DNA from: Atractiella rhizophila | Lineage: Eukaryota | DNA length: 64,000 nucleotides | Assembly (NCBI GenBank): GCA_021432655.1 | Contig: MU271275.1 | Location: forward strand, 1 to 64,000 | Direction of reading: 5' to 3' | Shown: positions 24,534-37,343 of the stretch, piece by piece | Position numbering within the stretch: the first letter of the stretch is position 1 | Layout of the letters: each line of letters begins with the position of its first letter | Program-made: the position numbers and the translations under genes | Notes under the pieces: model-generated | What the model was told of the DNA's origin: nothing | The model's database searches: none | What the model saw: only the letters and a program-made list of their open reading frames with translations

Positions 24534-26075
24534 ATGACGGTGTCTTCTCCTCATACAACCAAGTCAGCCAGGCAACCAATCGCCCTCCTGGACCTCCCAC
24601 CTGAAATTTTATATACGATCTTACAGAATGTGATCATCCACCCAATTCCTCGCTGGAAGGAAATTGAGGATCTGCCGGCGGTTTGCACCACCTTTTCTTC
24701 AATATTTGACGTTGTCATTCAGGAGTACCCCATTTGCGTCGAGTCTGCAACTCGGTTGATAAACAAGTTCCCTCATCGACGCCTTCATCATTCTTACTTG
24801 GTGTGCAAGCAAAAACAATCTTTTTCCCTCTGCATGCAACTCCTTCAGCTGATGCAATCGTGCCGAACTCTCGAAATCACTTGGTCGATAAACCTGGAAA
24901 ATTCCTCCTTCTGTTTTAGATCGACCTTGGCTGAAATTTGGGATCTGCCTACGCTGGGCTCATCTTTACAAATCGTCGATATTTGGGAAAGTGCGATGCC
25001 ATTTCCTACATCGCTTTGGGATTGGCTTTTCGATCGTTTGCGAAAGCTGCCTAAACTCCGCCATCTGTACATTAAGAGTTGTGGCATCATGACAGAAGCT
25101 CTTCCTTTCCAGAGCTCTTTGAGAACGTTATTCCTCAGCAAGCTCCGATTTTGTTCGTGGTCACAAGTTCTGGAACCAAGTTTTCATTCTTTAGTAGATC
25201 TCTGCATCAAGGAGCATAGTTTTAGACCTATTGAAGATCTGCACGCAGTGCTAAAGAATTGCCTCAACATCGAAAGACTCGATCTGAGCTTCCTCCGCTA
25301 TAGGTCTGCACCGCCGTTTCGACGTTTAAAATATCTTCGTCTTAGCTCTGAAAGCAACATGGAGTGTGTGCCGTTGGAACAAATTCTGCCTCATCTCCAA
25401 GCCTCTCGATCCCTCAAGGTTCTCAGCTTATCACGTTTGCGAACGCTTGATACTTCTTCAATCAATCCTGCCGAATTGTCCCTCGATCAAATCGATCTCC
25501 CTTATAACGAGAACATTCAACAGCTGCTTGAATCCAGTGTGGGAACCCAAGCCCGCTTGCAATCTCTATACTTTTATGAGCCGGAGGCTTTTCACGGTGA
25601 ACCAACGGATAAATTCTATGTCTGCTGTTGGGACACAATCAGCTGTTGGCGAAGCTCTTTGAAGGTGCTGGAACTAGGCTTTTACAACATCGATCTCGAT
25701 GCGATACGCGTCGTATCCGAATGTCCACTCCTCTCCTTCCTGCACTCCGGCGACATGGACGTGTCCGCTCTAGATTGGCTCATCGACCAGAAGCTTGCAC
25801 TCCCACTACGATATCTTCTCGCTCCACGTATAGAGAGGGATCAGGTGCGGCGCTTGATTTCGAATGGTGTCCTGCCTCATCTAAGCGGTTTGCGGCGGTT
25901 ATACGACGAAGAAGAAGATGAGACTTGGAAAGAATGGACTGAAAGGTACCAATTTGAATTGTTGCTGCACAACGACGATGCAATCGTTTGGAAATGGAAG
26001 ATGCAGGTTTATGAACCATGCTTGATCGGCCTCTCAACAGAACATGGATTATCGAGGACTGAATATTGGTTATAA
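24534..26075 (+). CDS. F-box-like / LRR protein, intronless CDS
   Basis: N-terminal LLDLPPEILYTIL, then repeated LxxLxL units (LPKLRHLYI, LRTLFL, IERLDL, LKYLRL, LKVLSL, LKVLEL). ATG 24534 follows a probable 5'UTR acceptor. Confidence 0.8.
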   Translation: MTVSSPHTTKSARQPIALLDLPPEILYTILQNVIIHPIPRWKEIEDLPAVCTTFSSIFDVVIQEYPICVESATRLINKFPHRRLHHSYLVCKQKQSFSLCMQLLQLMQSCRTLEITWSINLENSSFCFRSTLAEIWDLPTLGSSLQIVDIWESAMPFPTSLWDWLFDRLRKLPKLRHLYIKSCGIMTEALPFQSSLRTLFLSKLRFCSWSQVLEPSFHSLVDLCIKEHSFRPIEDLHAVLKNCLNIERLDLSFLRYRSAPPFRRLKYLRLSSESNMECVPLEQILPHLQASRSLKVLSLSRLRTLDTSSINPAELSLDQIDLPYNENIQQLLESSVGTQARLQSLYFYEPEAFHGEPTDKFYVCCWDTISCWRSSLKVLELGFYNIDLDAIRVVSECPLLSFLHSGDMDVSALDWLIDQKLALPLRYLLAPRIERDQVRRLISNGVLPHLSGLRRLYDEEEDETWKEWTERYQFELLLHNDDAIVWKWKMQVYEPCLIGLSTEHGLSRTEYWL

Positions 26076-26452
26076 TAAACTTGTCCTCTACGGAACATAT
26101 CGTGTAATCCCAATATGTCGCCAAAGAGTGCATCATTTCGATCTGCTTGTTGTTTTGGCCTCATGATGCGTTCTTGTCGTGAACAATGAGAGCGGGACGG
26201 AGATGGGCATGGGGTGACCCGTTGCTCGAAAAGACTTGCAGCAAGCAAGCATCCTCAAGAGCACCTTATGATAAGATGGCTTTGTGGAATGGATCACGGT
26301 GTGTTGCAGCCTGAATCCAATACCGTCATCCGTAGGTAACAGAAATTCTCAGACATCAGATGCATCACAACCCACCTATAATTATCTCAAAATATCGAAA
26401 CTAAACAAATTGCCACCGGATTGGAAAGACATCACAGCGAAAATCACGGATA

Positions 26453-27734
26453 TCAAAGAGATTTTTTGTCCTGTTCCATTACAATCTGGCGCAATTCTTC
26501 GATGACCCTCGTTCGGAACAGGTCCGATTCGCTTGAGAGTGCAAAATCAGAAATCCTGTACCACCATTCACCGTTAGCACTTATCTAAAGGCTTCAAAAG
26601 TGAAGGTTGTTTCTAAATGGCACAAGCTTACTCAGTCTCCTCGCAGTTCGATATAAAGGCTCCTGGCGTAGTTTCGTTCAAGCAGGACCAGACAAGAGGG
26701 GTGCAGGCTCTCTCGAGTGTCCGTCCAAACGGCTTTGAAATCGCGCCGAGAACTTTGTAGACGCTACACCACCGAAGGTGATTATCTTAACAGAAGGTAG
26801 ATTAGTTGTGATAGGAACACACAGCCCTAAATCCTTCGTGACTTTATGACAGGACCATGAGCATCAATCACAAAGAGGCAGACACGAACGACTCACATTC
26901 AGTGTGAGCGCACGCTCCTGGATTCGCCACGTTCACTACTACATCTGGTCCAGCAATCTTGGCCAATTCTTGACCTATGTAAAGCGAAAAGAGTTTCGTG
27001 AGCTCGTATCGACCCTCTTCCTTGAATCTTTTCTCGCTGTTCATCGCCGTAATGGGCTTCGCTTCTCCCCTAACAGTCGCTTTAACTAAATAATGCATCC
27101 AAGATCCTACTATGCAGAGATGGGGCTTCATTTGCGTGTTCGCAGAGGGAGGATTTGGGAGTTTGGCCGTCGCCTGGAGCAGAGGGAGGAGCATTTCGCC
27201 TAACCAATACGTGGAGATGGCGTTGACTTGCGTTTGGACACAGTAACCATCTCCTGTCGTCTTGTACTTGAGACCACCCAATCCCGCGTTCTCGAGGAAG
27301 ATGTCGAGGCGGTCCAGTTGGGCGAGGACACGCTTCCCGAAGGCCTTCACGCTGGAAAAGGACGCGAGATCGACCTCCCACACTTCCATCGTTTTGCAGC
27401 CTGTTAAGGCTTCCACCTCCTTCATGGCTGCTTCTCCGCGAGGGATGGAGCGGACAGCGAGAATGAGACGAGCTACCTCGTGGATAAGGAATTGTCGTCA
27501 TGTTAAGCAAAGAAAAGTGGTCGCACCTGGTTTCATGAGTGCAACTTGGGAAGAATCAGACCCTGCGAGCAAGCAATGGAAGAGGAACTAACATTGCCTC
27601 AAACACTCTTTGCCCAACCCTGCACTCGCTCCGGTGATGATAACGACTCGTCCACTGAGATCCTTCATGACCTTCTCAGTGGGAGGGCCAGAGGACGTGA
27701 AACGCATTTCGTTCATGAAATGAAGCTTGCCCAT
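26453..27734 (-). CDS. Short-chain dehydrogenase/reductase (retinol dehydrogenase-like)
   Basis: ITGASAGLG, LILAVRS, VDLASFSSV, LDIFLENAG, catalytic YELTK, ANPG. Six exons joined by hand. Confidence 0.92.
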
Positions 27735-28566
27735 CTTGTTGACAGTTCGGCCAACTCAGCTATAACCGAAGGAGGATCATGAAACTGGGCTGTCTTTATA
27801 GGAGTCCAATGTTAAGCCATCCCACCAAACGACCGCCGGCAACACGCAGGCCTATGGCCATGAATGGGAATGGCAGCATGACCAATGACGAGGAACCAAT
27901 ATGTTGTGTCCCAGAGTGCGAAATTGTCGGGCCCGCACAGGAAGGATTCTTGAGATCCATCTGTCCTGTGGAAAGGTGGAGCTTTGCAGCTCAGACGTTT
28001 CCCGTCGAGTAGCAAACATCAATGAAGGCTTGACCCAAAGGGAACATCCTACAATATAACGAATGCCGCAGAATCTCAACCTCAGCTTGCATCCATCAAC
28101 CCTGGGAATAGAACATGGGATTTTGTGCGCAGCCATGGAACGCGTAGACCATTGAAAGCTCGAATTAAAGATCGCAGTTTGCTCATTGGGGTACTGTTCG
28201 TCGAGCTTCCAAAGGACTTAAAAATTTAGGACAATTCTCGCACCGTTTTAAATTGCAGTGGCCTTCTCAAAGATCATGTTCGCAAACAACAACTCAACAC
28301 TCCTCAAACACTGGCCACACACCCTGCCATTTCCATACCGAAAGCTTTAGCATAGCAGCTTTCCCGCTTGTGTTGTCGCTACACAATGGCACAAGGAAAA
28401 AGAGAAGGTTCTCAGCACAGTCTCGGCTCCAAAACAGGCACTCCGCTTGCCTTTGTTGTCAACTTGCCCACCAACCACGACGGCAGACAAATATTCTCAA
28501 AACTGTACATACCACAGCATTACCAACGCACGCCTATGACCTGAATCTCATTCTCAACCTGCAAGC

Positions 28567-31500
28567 ATGGACTCCTCCCCATCGACGATCTATCCCTCTC
28601 CCAATCCCTCTGTCGTCAGCGTCACCAGCACCTCCGCCTCGACGACCTCACACCCCGCTCCATCAGCTGCATCTGTTGCCTCGGCATCAACAACGGCAGC
28701 ACCAGAGGAGCAGCTCGATTCTACCCAAGTGGTCGAGATCGAGAAGTTCGTTCTGAAGAAAGTATGGATTGACGAGAAAATCGCCGTGCTATCCAACTTG
28801 CCTGTCATCAAGCCATTCGAGCCGTTGCCGCCGGAGCTTAGTAGTGTTGGGAAGGAGGAGTTTGAGCGATGGTGGGAGGAGCATATGAGTGTGGAGACGG
28901 AGATTACGGATTATGATAAAGGCGACTTTGAGGGATTGAGGAAGTTAGCCCTCGGTATGTGTTTCTGTTTCGGACTTGCTCGAAAGGGATTTTCGCGATT
29001 CCTTGGAACCGAACACATCCTGTTGTGTTCTCTGCCAGCTCTACTCATTGCCTATAACCTCGGCGAGACGTCGTTCCTATCTGTACAGCTGTCATGTTTC
29101 TTTGAGCAAACATAGTTACGACGTCCTTGCACTCTATTCTCATCAAACAAGACAGCTCTAGACAAAGATGCATTTACGAAATTCTTTGTCTTTCTTTGTC
29201 CATGCGATCAACAAACTGTGGCTGTTTACTCTTGAGTGTTGAGCTCACATATATATCACCGGGCTCTCATGGATTTTCTCCAGTTTCTTAGGCAGTTACG
29301 CGTTCGAATTTTGTTCTCAGACTGTGCATGCCCACGTAATGTGTGAAAGAGATGAAAGTCACGTTCTACCTGTTCTAATGTGTCAGTTGGTAGGAGGAGA
29401 ATATGTTTTCTGTGATTTACTAAGTCTTTCCCTTGCCATAATCTGCCCTCCCAACTTCAACTTCCCATTATGAGAAGTGATGCAGATGAAGAAATAGAGC
29501 AGTCGTGCAGCGTTGCGACGTGAAGCTATTCAGGATTCAAGAGGCGCAAGTTATGGGCCAGTCTGTCATGAAAGCAGCTCCTGCCATCGCGATTCCCGCA
29601 TTCTTTGGACCCACTGCTGCTGGCATGGTCCTATATCGAACTTTCGAGTTGTGCACTTAGAGGTGGTCAAACTTCTCGTTAAATTCAAATCCGAGAACGT
29701 TATCTGCAATAGGGGCTGTATGTCGAATCACAGTCCCAAGGAACACTTGACTGGCTTCCAGGTAGGGAATCGCCACAAAAAATTGAACGCGATCCTTTGT
29801 TGGTAAAATACTACTCCAACTCGGACATCTAATGCCGGATGACATGTCCAACTTACGAACATTGTACTATTGACGATCAGGATCCAATGTTCAAGCCGTC
29901 TACTCCTCAGCGATATTTGCCTGCCTAGAAACATAGTTGCGAAGGATCCTACATAGAGTGTGCCAGTTCTTCATCAATCTACCTTTGATTGTTTCAATTC
30001 AACACATCTTACCTCATCTTGAAGCAATATGCTGAGTATTCCTTCAGCTGCCTCAAAACGGAACCTTTCGCCAAAGGACACCGATCTTATTGACATTACG
30101 CTCACTACCGTATTCGCACTCGACAAACTTCTTCATCTCCTGAAGGACCGCCGAGTCCGGCTCGACTCCTTGAAGCTGCGTTTGAAGTGGGAAAGCGAGA
30201 TCGTCGCGTACCGAAACGAATTGGCTGCGCTCTTCAAGGTGGACATTCCAAAATACCTCTCGAAGGCTCGATGGGTCAAGCCTGTGGAGAGTGACGTGGG
30301 CAGAGGAAGGGCGGACAGCCTCAGCCTTTCAAAGAGCGTTTCCGGGAAACGGAGGACGAGTCAAGGCTCCAGCCGTTTATCCATGTTCATGAACCCCAAC
30401 AATTCCTCAGAAGAAAATTTGGCAAATGCTTTGGCCATCGGTAACGGTCGTCCTTCTTCTCAAAATTCAACATGGATCCCATCTCGCAGTGTCTCTACCA
30501 ATGCTCCCAGTCGTCCGACCTCAATGTCTCGCCAACTCATCGCCGATTCAATATCACTATCTCTGTCTCCTCTCACTTCTCGCCTCACTTCCATCAACAA
30601 CACCCTTGTCCCTGCCACCGGGAAAACTCTCGATGCGATGATCGCAAAGTCCCGTCTCCCTGACCAATTCTTCGACGTCCAAGATGAAATAGAGGATGTT
30701 GCACCGAAGGAGGTGGCTGGAGTAGGGTCCTTTCTCAACGAAGTCGTGCATCAGTGGAGGAAGGCAGACGAGGTCTGGTGGAACTGTGACCGGCTGAAAG
30801 ATGAAAGTGCGGAGGTACAGCGAAATGTTGAAGAGTGGATCAAGAAAGACATCGACGAAGATTTGTTGCGGAAATGGGAATCGGGGTGTCGGGACATGAG
30901 GAAGCGACTGGCGCAAACGAAGAGCATCATGGATTCTTCCAAAGCTGGTGGTCTTCCACTGCCCATTCATCTCAAGTTTTCGGACCAAGTCTCCAAAAAC
31001 TTCGAGCTCGTCCAGACCTTGAATCTTCAAATTGATGAAACAAGCGATGACTTGCGAAAGATGGAGGAGAAGGTTGCTGAGTATAGGTTCGCAGTTGAAA
31101 GTATCAAGAGAGGGCAGAGGATACGCAAGACCGTGGAGGAGCTCCGAAGAGGAATCGAGGCCAACCGAGCAGAACTGAAGGCAGAAGTTGAGGATCGAAC
31201 GAAGGATGGTCGACCTGATCTCGAACAAACGTCAAACGACAAGATGCCATGGACTTCATACGGTGGGAAGTCCGAAGACGCTTATCTCGCGCGAGTTAAG
31301 AAGCTTCAAGACTCTCTCAAGAGTCAGATATCGACTACTAGCGGTCTCCAAAACGAAGTTTCCCTCATCCTCCGAGACCTGATCAAAGCTGGAGTCGATC
31401 CAAACCTGCGACGTGACCTTCGCGATGCCGGGGACTCCTTGCAGGACCGTGCAAAGGAGAGTCAGGCTGAGATGGATCGTTGGTTCGCATGGTATAATAC

Positions 31501-34500
31501 CCTGGTGGCAGAAGGAAGGAAGACTTGGAAAGAATGTGAAGAGCGAAGGAACGAGTTGGAGCTAGCGGAGAAGGAATGGCAGAGTCGTTCCGAGCGCGCG
31601 AGATGGGTTGAGAATGACCAATCAAAGCAGCAGCCCGTGGACCAGGCGTCAGATGAGAAGAGACTTGCGGCTATGTTGGAACGGATAGATACTTCTTGTT
31701 TACCCATTCGAGCTTACTTTCCGTCTCTCTACGCTCCAGACCTTTCTGCTTCAAATACCAAGGCCGCGGTTCCTCGGTCCCTCTTCGCAGCTCATTCTTA
31801 CACGCACGTTCCACCGTTCTTCCAAGCAATAGAAGCGCAACTTCGACATGCTCACAGTAGGCTGGAAAAGTGGAGGCGACTGGAGAATCGGCTCAGACGC
31901 CAGAGAAGTGGGGTAGAAACCTTCTTGAAAGACCTTTCGCTGGTAAAGGCTACCGCAGACGGGATCCGATCTTCCCTAAATGAAAGTTCACAAACTAATC
32001 TCAACCTGACGGTCGAAGACGAAATCGAAAGCCAACTGGAGGCCTTGAAAGCTAGCGAGGAAAGCCTCACGGCTGCAGTCCCTACCTTGATATTTTTTAT
32101 CGAAGATGCAACCGATGTGCCAGAGAATCCCCCCGCTATCGCCGTGCCATTCAATCTCTCTCAACAGGATAGTTGTGTCCGTGACTTTGTTCACCAACAG
32201 CTAGCAAATCTTGCAGGCGAACTTGATCAGCTTAGCAGAGACAAGACTCTGTGGCAACAACGCAGGAAGCGACTGCGGTTGACATCACTAATAAAGGAGA
32301 TACGAGAGAAAATTGAACGCAAAGAGACGGAACTGCATGCTCTGCTTAAGGAAGGTTTGGATGGTATGTACAAATTGCGATCGATTTCCTCTACTAACCG
32401 TAATGTGTTGTTAGGGGATGTCAAATCTCTCATCTCATCAATGGAGGAACTGGCGAAAGCATTGTCCAATATTCGCGAACAAATCACCTTGAGTCGCCCC
32501 CACATTGAAGTTTTCGACACAGAACTTGGAGTCTTGTCCATTACAGAAGCGGAGTGCGAACCACTGATCCCATCTTTGTGCGAGACCGAGAAAAAGCTAG
32601 AAGCTTTGCAGCAGGACCATGCAAGCCTTCTGCAAGCTCTTCACGACGAGGTTCAACGACGCGAGAGTATCCGCCAAGGGTGGTTGAAGGAGAAAGATGC
32701 CTTGCGATTATCTCTTGCGGAGACGGAAGGAGCCGTAGAGGTTACATCTCAGCGTTTGCAAAACCTGCAGAAGGCTGTCGAGTGCTGGGATTCCGAATTT
32801 TCTAGGTTAGAGGAAGATCAGGCAGAAAAACTGGCGAATCTGTCTGTGAAGGAATTCATCATGTTCCAACCAGTTCATTCTCCATCACTTGATACAACGT
32901 TCGAGGTCATGGGAGAAGTTAGTGATCTGTTTAACGCAGCATCGGAACGTTTGGCGACCAACCAAGCAGATTGCTTTCGCATTACCAATTCTGCAAAAGA
33001 GTCCTTTCTTTTGGATGAAGAGTCTAGTGTCAGTGGAGAAGCGGACACCATTCACACACTCGGAGCTCGCATGCAAGAATCTCAAAGCCTACTGACTGCG
33101 CTCTCGTCGCGGCTGGAATCAATGCAGGGGCGAAGAAATGCCTGGGATGAGAAGCAGCAGGACCTCCAACAGAAAGCTGAAGCAGCTCGTTTAAAGCGGA
33201 TCAACGAGCTCAACGACTGGTCTGCCGCCTTAGCAGAGATACGATCGCAACTGTTGGACCTGTGTCAAATCAACGAAAAGGACTTTGACCAGCTGAGCAC
33301 CGAAGTTTCCGCTAATCTCTCATCTGCGAGATCAATATATCAGACAGTAAGCTCTGAACCCGTCGAATCTGAAGAGATAGATGTACAGGGTGGTCGCTGG
33401 TCCGATCTTCAGCAGAAATTGCAACGCCTACAGAGTAGTCACGCAATGTACCTCGAACGCATTGACAACCTTGATTCTTCATTCACGGGACGGTGCAAGG
33501 AAGAAGACTTTGCTTCAGAATCATCGCTTTCGGAGCTGGTTGAATCTGTACGCCACGCTATTTTATCGGCACGCGAAAGCTATGGAAACCAAGACGCAAA
33601 ACTTCAAGCTTTGCTGGTCGAGAACACTGACGTGGACGAGCTGAGGCGGAACTGGTTGGCTCATCAGAAGCATTTGAAAGTACAGAAGGACGCTGCGAGG
33701 GCCGAATGGCGAGAAGCTCTTCAATCAATTCTGCGCGAGGGCGCTGAAGCTGCGGATACCTTTTCAGCTCTTGGTCGGTCAATACCTGATCTATCGACTC
33801 GATGCTTGGCCATAAAGACAACGTACGACCTTGCTGAAATTTTGCACTCCGAACCAGAGATCGAGGAGTACGAGACCGCTCATTCGGCCTTGATAAACGG
33901 TGAGTGGATTCGCTGCTTTAAAAGGAGCCCAATGTGACTCTACGTAGACTGCGATACAACGGTGCAGCAATGCCAAAGCCTCTTCACCAGGGCTAAAGCG
34001 ATTGCTGATCGTGTTAGCGTTTTGTCGCTTCAAGGCAGCTTTCCAGACACGGTAGCCGACGGGAATCTCCTGACACAAGTCTGTCAGAGCCAGGATAATC
34101 TAGTGGAACGTCAAGAATCTGTGCGATCACAAGCCGACGCTTTAGAGGAGGTCCTTGAATCACTAAAGGCAGCTCACGATACATGGATGGAGACTCAAGC
34201 ACAGTTACGAAGGGAAAAAACACTCGCAGCAGAGCGGGAGCTGGCAGACTTCCGTGCTAAATTGCAAGAACTGCGAGCTGCATTTGACGCTCAGCGAGTC
34301 GCTCTTACGGATCTTGAGAAATCTGTCTCAGAAACAGTCATACGATTTAACAACATCATAGCGCGAGGAGCTTTGGTTACGAATGACATGGACACCGTTC
34401 AGAACGCTCTGGAGGATTTGCGTGACCTCTCTCAGGGGTATTCTGCGGCTCAAGACGCTCTACAATCTCTTCAGACTGAAAGGCTTAGGTTCCCCACTGT

Positions 34501-36956
34501 CCTCACCGATGTAACATCTGCTGCTCCACAAACCATTTTGGAATGCCAAGGTGAGATCTCCAGCCTAGGCCAATCCCTTAATACCTGGGATATCTCTCTT
34601 GAAAAGTGTTCGAGCGACCTCTCGAGCCTACAACAGCGACTATCATCCTCCATTTCGGATCACAAAGAACTACTCATCGCTCTGGAACGTATACATGGAC
34701 TGATAAAGCAACGTGAACGATTGGAATCTACACTAGCTAAATTGACCGGTGCAATTTCAGACGCGGATGCCTCATATACCCAATCCGCCAGCATTCCGGA
34801 CGAATCTACAACGCAAGTTCTTGTCGATGCTTTGAAAGATCTGGATGTGCAAGTTTCTGCTTTGGAGCAGCCCTTTGAAGTGACGCAGCGGGATTTGACA
34901 ACTTTCTTAACTCATCACAGAGAAGTATCGGCTACTGCTTCACTGTCAGCATCCTCCTCCGAAGGCTTGATTGCACCCGTCGACGACCTTTCCCATCGGG
35001 TGTCTTCTGCCGGGCTAACATTGCGGTCCCTGGAAGCAAAGGTGAAGACTGAGTTGGAGCGTCGAATTGACATCTTCAACTCGCAGGAAACTCGTCGCCT
35101 TTCGATTTCTTTGACTGGTGCTGATGGGTCTCCGCTGGGAGATATATCAAACAACCATGGTTCCCGAATTCTGTCCCAACTACGCACCCGTTTGAACCAG
35201 CTCCGCGTTGATGCCATTGATGTCTCCAGTAGTGAGGAACGAGCATTACGGTCGCTTCCGACGACCAAGGAGTTTGATGACGTTCAAAGTCATCTGGTTC
35301 AGCTCTCGAATCAAGCGGAAGATATTGAAGAAGATGATGTTGATGAGGAAGAGTTGGAAATGTTCATGCGAGATTTGAGGAGCAAGCAGAGGGATTTGGA
35401 AGTTATGTCCCAACTTGCGGAGGTTGCGGCTTGCTTGGACGTCTGCGATGGCATCTTCAGTGATCTTCTCGATTCAGTCGACGATCTGGGGCCAGACAGT
35501 GACTCCGGTCCTTTTAATGTCCCTTCTCCTACCCCCAAGCCTTCGAACACTCAAACGGCCTCAACGTCTACTTACAGTATTGATTCCAACAGATCAATAG
35601 TGGACAAGACCTTTAAGACTGCAAAATCTTCAGTGGAAGCCCTTCACCAAGCTGCAAGCCCAGTAAAAGCCGACTGCAGAGTTCGACGACATCTAGGACG
35701 CATTGATCAGACGTGGGATGAGCTCTCTTCGCTTGTTCTGGACTTTACAGGACATTCGCCTGCCACATCAGTGAGCAACGATCCCCCAATCTCGACACCT
35801 GCGAAGGCTCCGTCAACGAAAAAGCGCGAAAGAAACAAGCCTCCGCACATAACTACGGGAAGCTCTGTAGCTTCGCCGTCTCATCCCTTATCGACGCCTA
35901 AACAACAGAACCGTACCCTCTTCCCCCGCCGCATCCCATCGTCCGATCATCTCTCCTCACGCACACCTCCTCATCCGCGAACTGTTACCGGCCCTGGCCC
36001 TAACACCACTCCCCGCCCCAAATCTGCATTCGGTATCTCAAGTTTTTCGCCAGTTCGCCTCACATCTCCACATTCTGCGTCTTGGAGTAAAACCACTGCA
36101 AATCGGTTCACGAGTCAGCTGTCTCCAGTTCAGGACGCTTTCCCCTCCATCGCTTCCAAAACTCCTAGCACTCCCAATCTCCAGGCTTCGAAACCTCCCG
36201 TTCGGAAGAGAACAACGTCAACCGCCACAGCGAGGACAAGAAAAAGCTCGACTATGAGTTCAAGACCCCCAAGGCGGCCGAATAACTATAAGGCTAATCC
36301 GAAACGACAAGTTGATGTACAAGTTGGGAAGATTGTTAACGACCTACCTGTCTGTTATCCCTTTACTCTGAAAGTTTTCGGTTCATTGTCCTACAGGTAC
36401 AAATTACGATCGCTCCCGTTGACACAGATACATATCAAGATCAGTGTGGCCGATACTGGATTGGTGACAAGGATCCAAAGTCTGTCTTTCATTCCCTGTC
36501 AAGTTAACAGCCTCAGATGACAGAATAGGTTATGTTTCTGCCGTATCCTACGTAGCAGTACCGTGATGGTTCGAGTAGGCGGAGGCTGGCAAGAGCTCGG
36601 CTCGTACGTTTCGTCTTATTCAGTGCCCGCAGAACGGCTAACTTTGTTCCAGGTTCCTCCTTGCACATTTCGGCAGCTCTTTCAGTGTCAACGTCAGTTC
36701 TTCGAAGGGCCCTGAGGAGCGATGGATCTCTTCTTCTACGGTTCAAGAGGCACAAAAATCGATTAACGACCTTACAAATTCCACCAACACATCCATGGCA
36801 TCCCCTCGGGTTTCACTCTCCTCTCGAGTCTCCTTGCCTGGTCAAGGTGCAGACTCATCATCTCCTCCTCAACCGCCCGACAAGTTTTCATTGTTCATGC
36901 ACAAATACGATTCACCGCCTAAAAACAAGAAGATCATTATCCCTTGGAGGTATTGA
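28567..36956 (+). CDS. Very large coiled-coil protein with C-terminal GAS2/GAR microtubule-binding domain (~2,370 aa)
   Basis: Exons 28567-28954, 30048-33899, 33948-36349, 36397-36479, 36529-36603, 36653-36956. GAR signature GRYWIGDKDPKLCFCRILRSSTVMVRVGGGWQEL is assembled across introns. Confidence 0.88.
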
Positions 36957-37343
36957 TGATCCCGCATTGATATTCTTTGGACAATTCAGTCTCCTTCGAG
37001 CTTCTTTCCTCCCAATCTCATTTTTGGAACGAATGCCTTTGTTTTTGGAAGTGTCTCACCTCACATAGGATGCCATAACCCCCATACCCACCTAATCACG
37101 CTCTAATCAAACATATTCTGTACTGCATGATGAAGTGTATTCGCATTGCATTCCACATAGATTGGCTCAAAGCTTCATCAATAATTCTGCTAGTCCCACA
37201 GTGTCCCGTGACGAGCATCGCTGTCAACGACCGACTGTCAAAACTAACTGCCCAACCTGTTCTCCCTTCACCTTCGCCTCCTTCACCCCTTCACGAAACA
37301 GCCAAGTGCCCTTCGTGGTACATTACATCGGCGCCTTTTCACG

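Noticed and set aside
22855..27734. Secondary-metabolite gene cluster (CtvD-like, SDR, MFS, ALDH)
   Set aside because: No PKS, NRPS, terpene synthase or pathway regulator is in the window, and housekeeping genes are interspersed.
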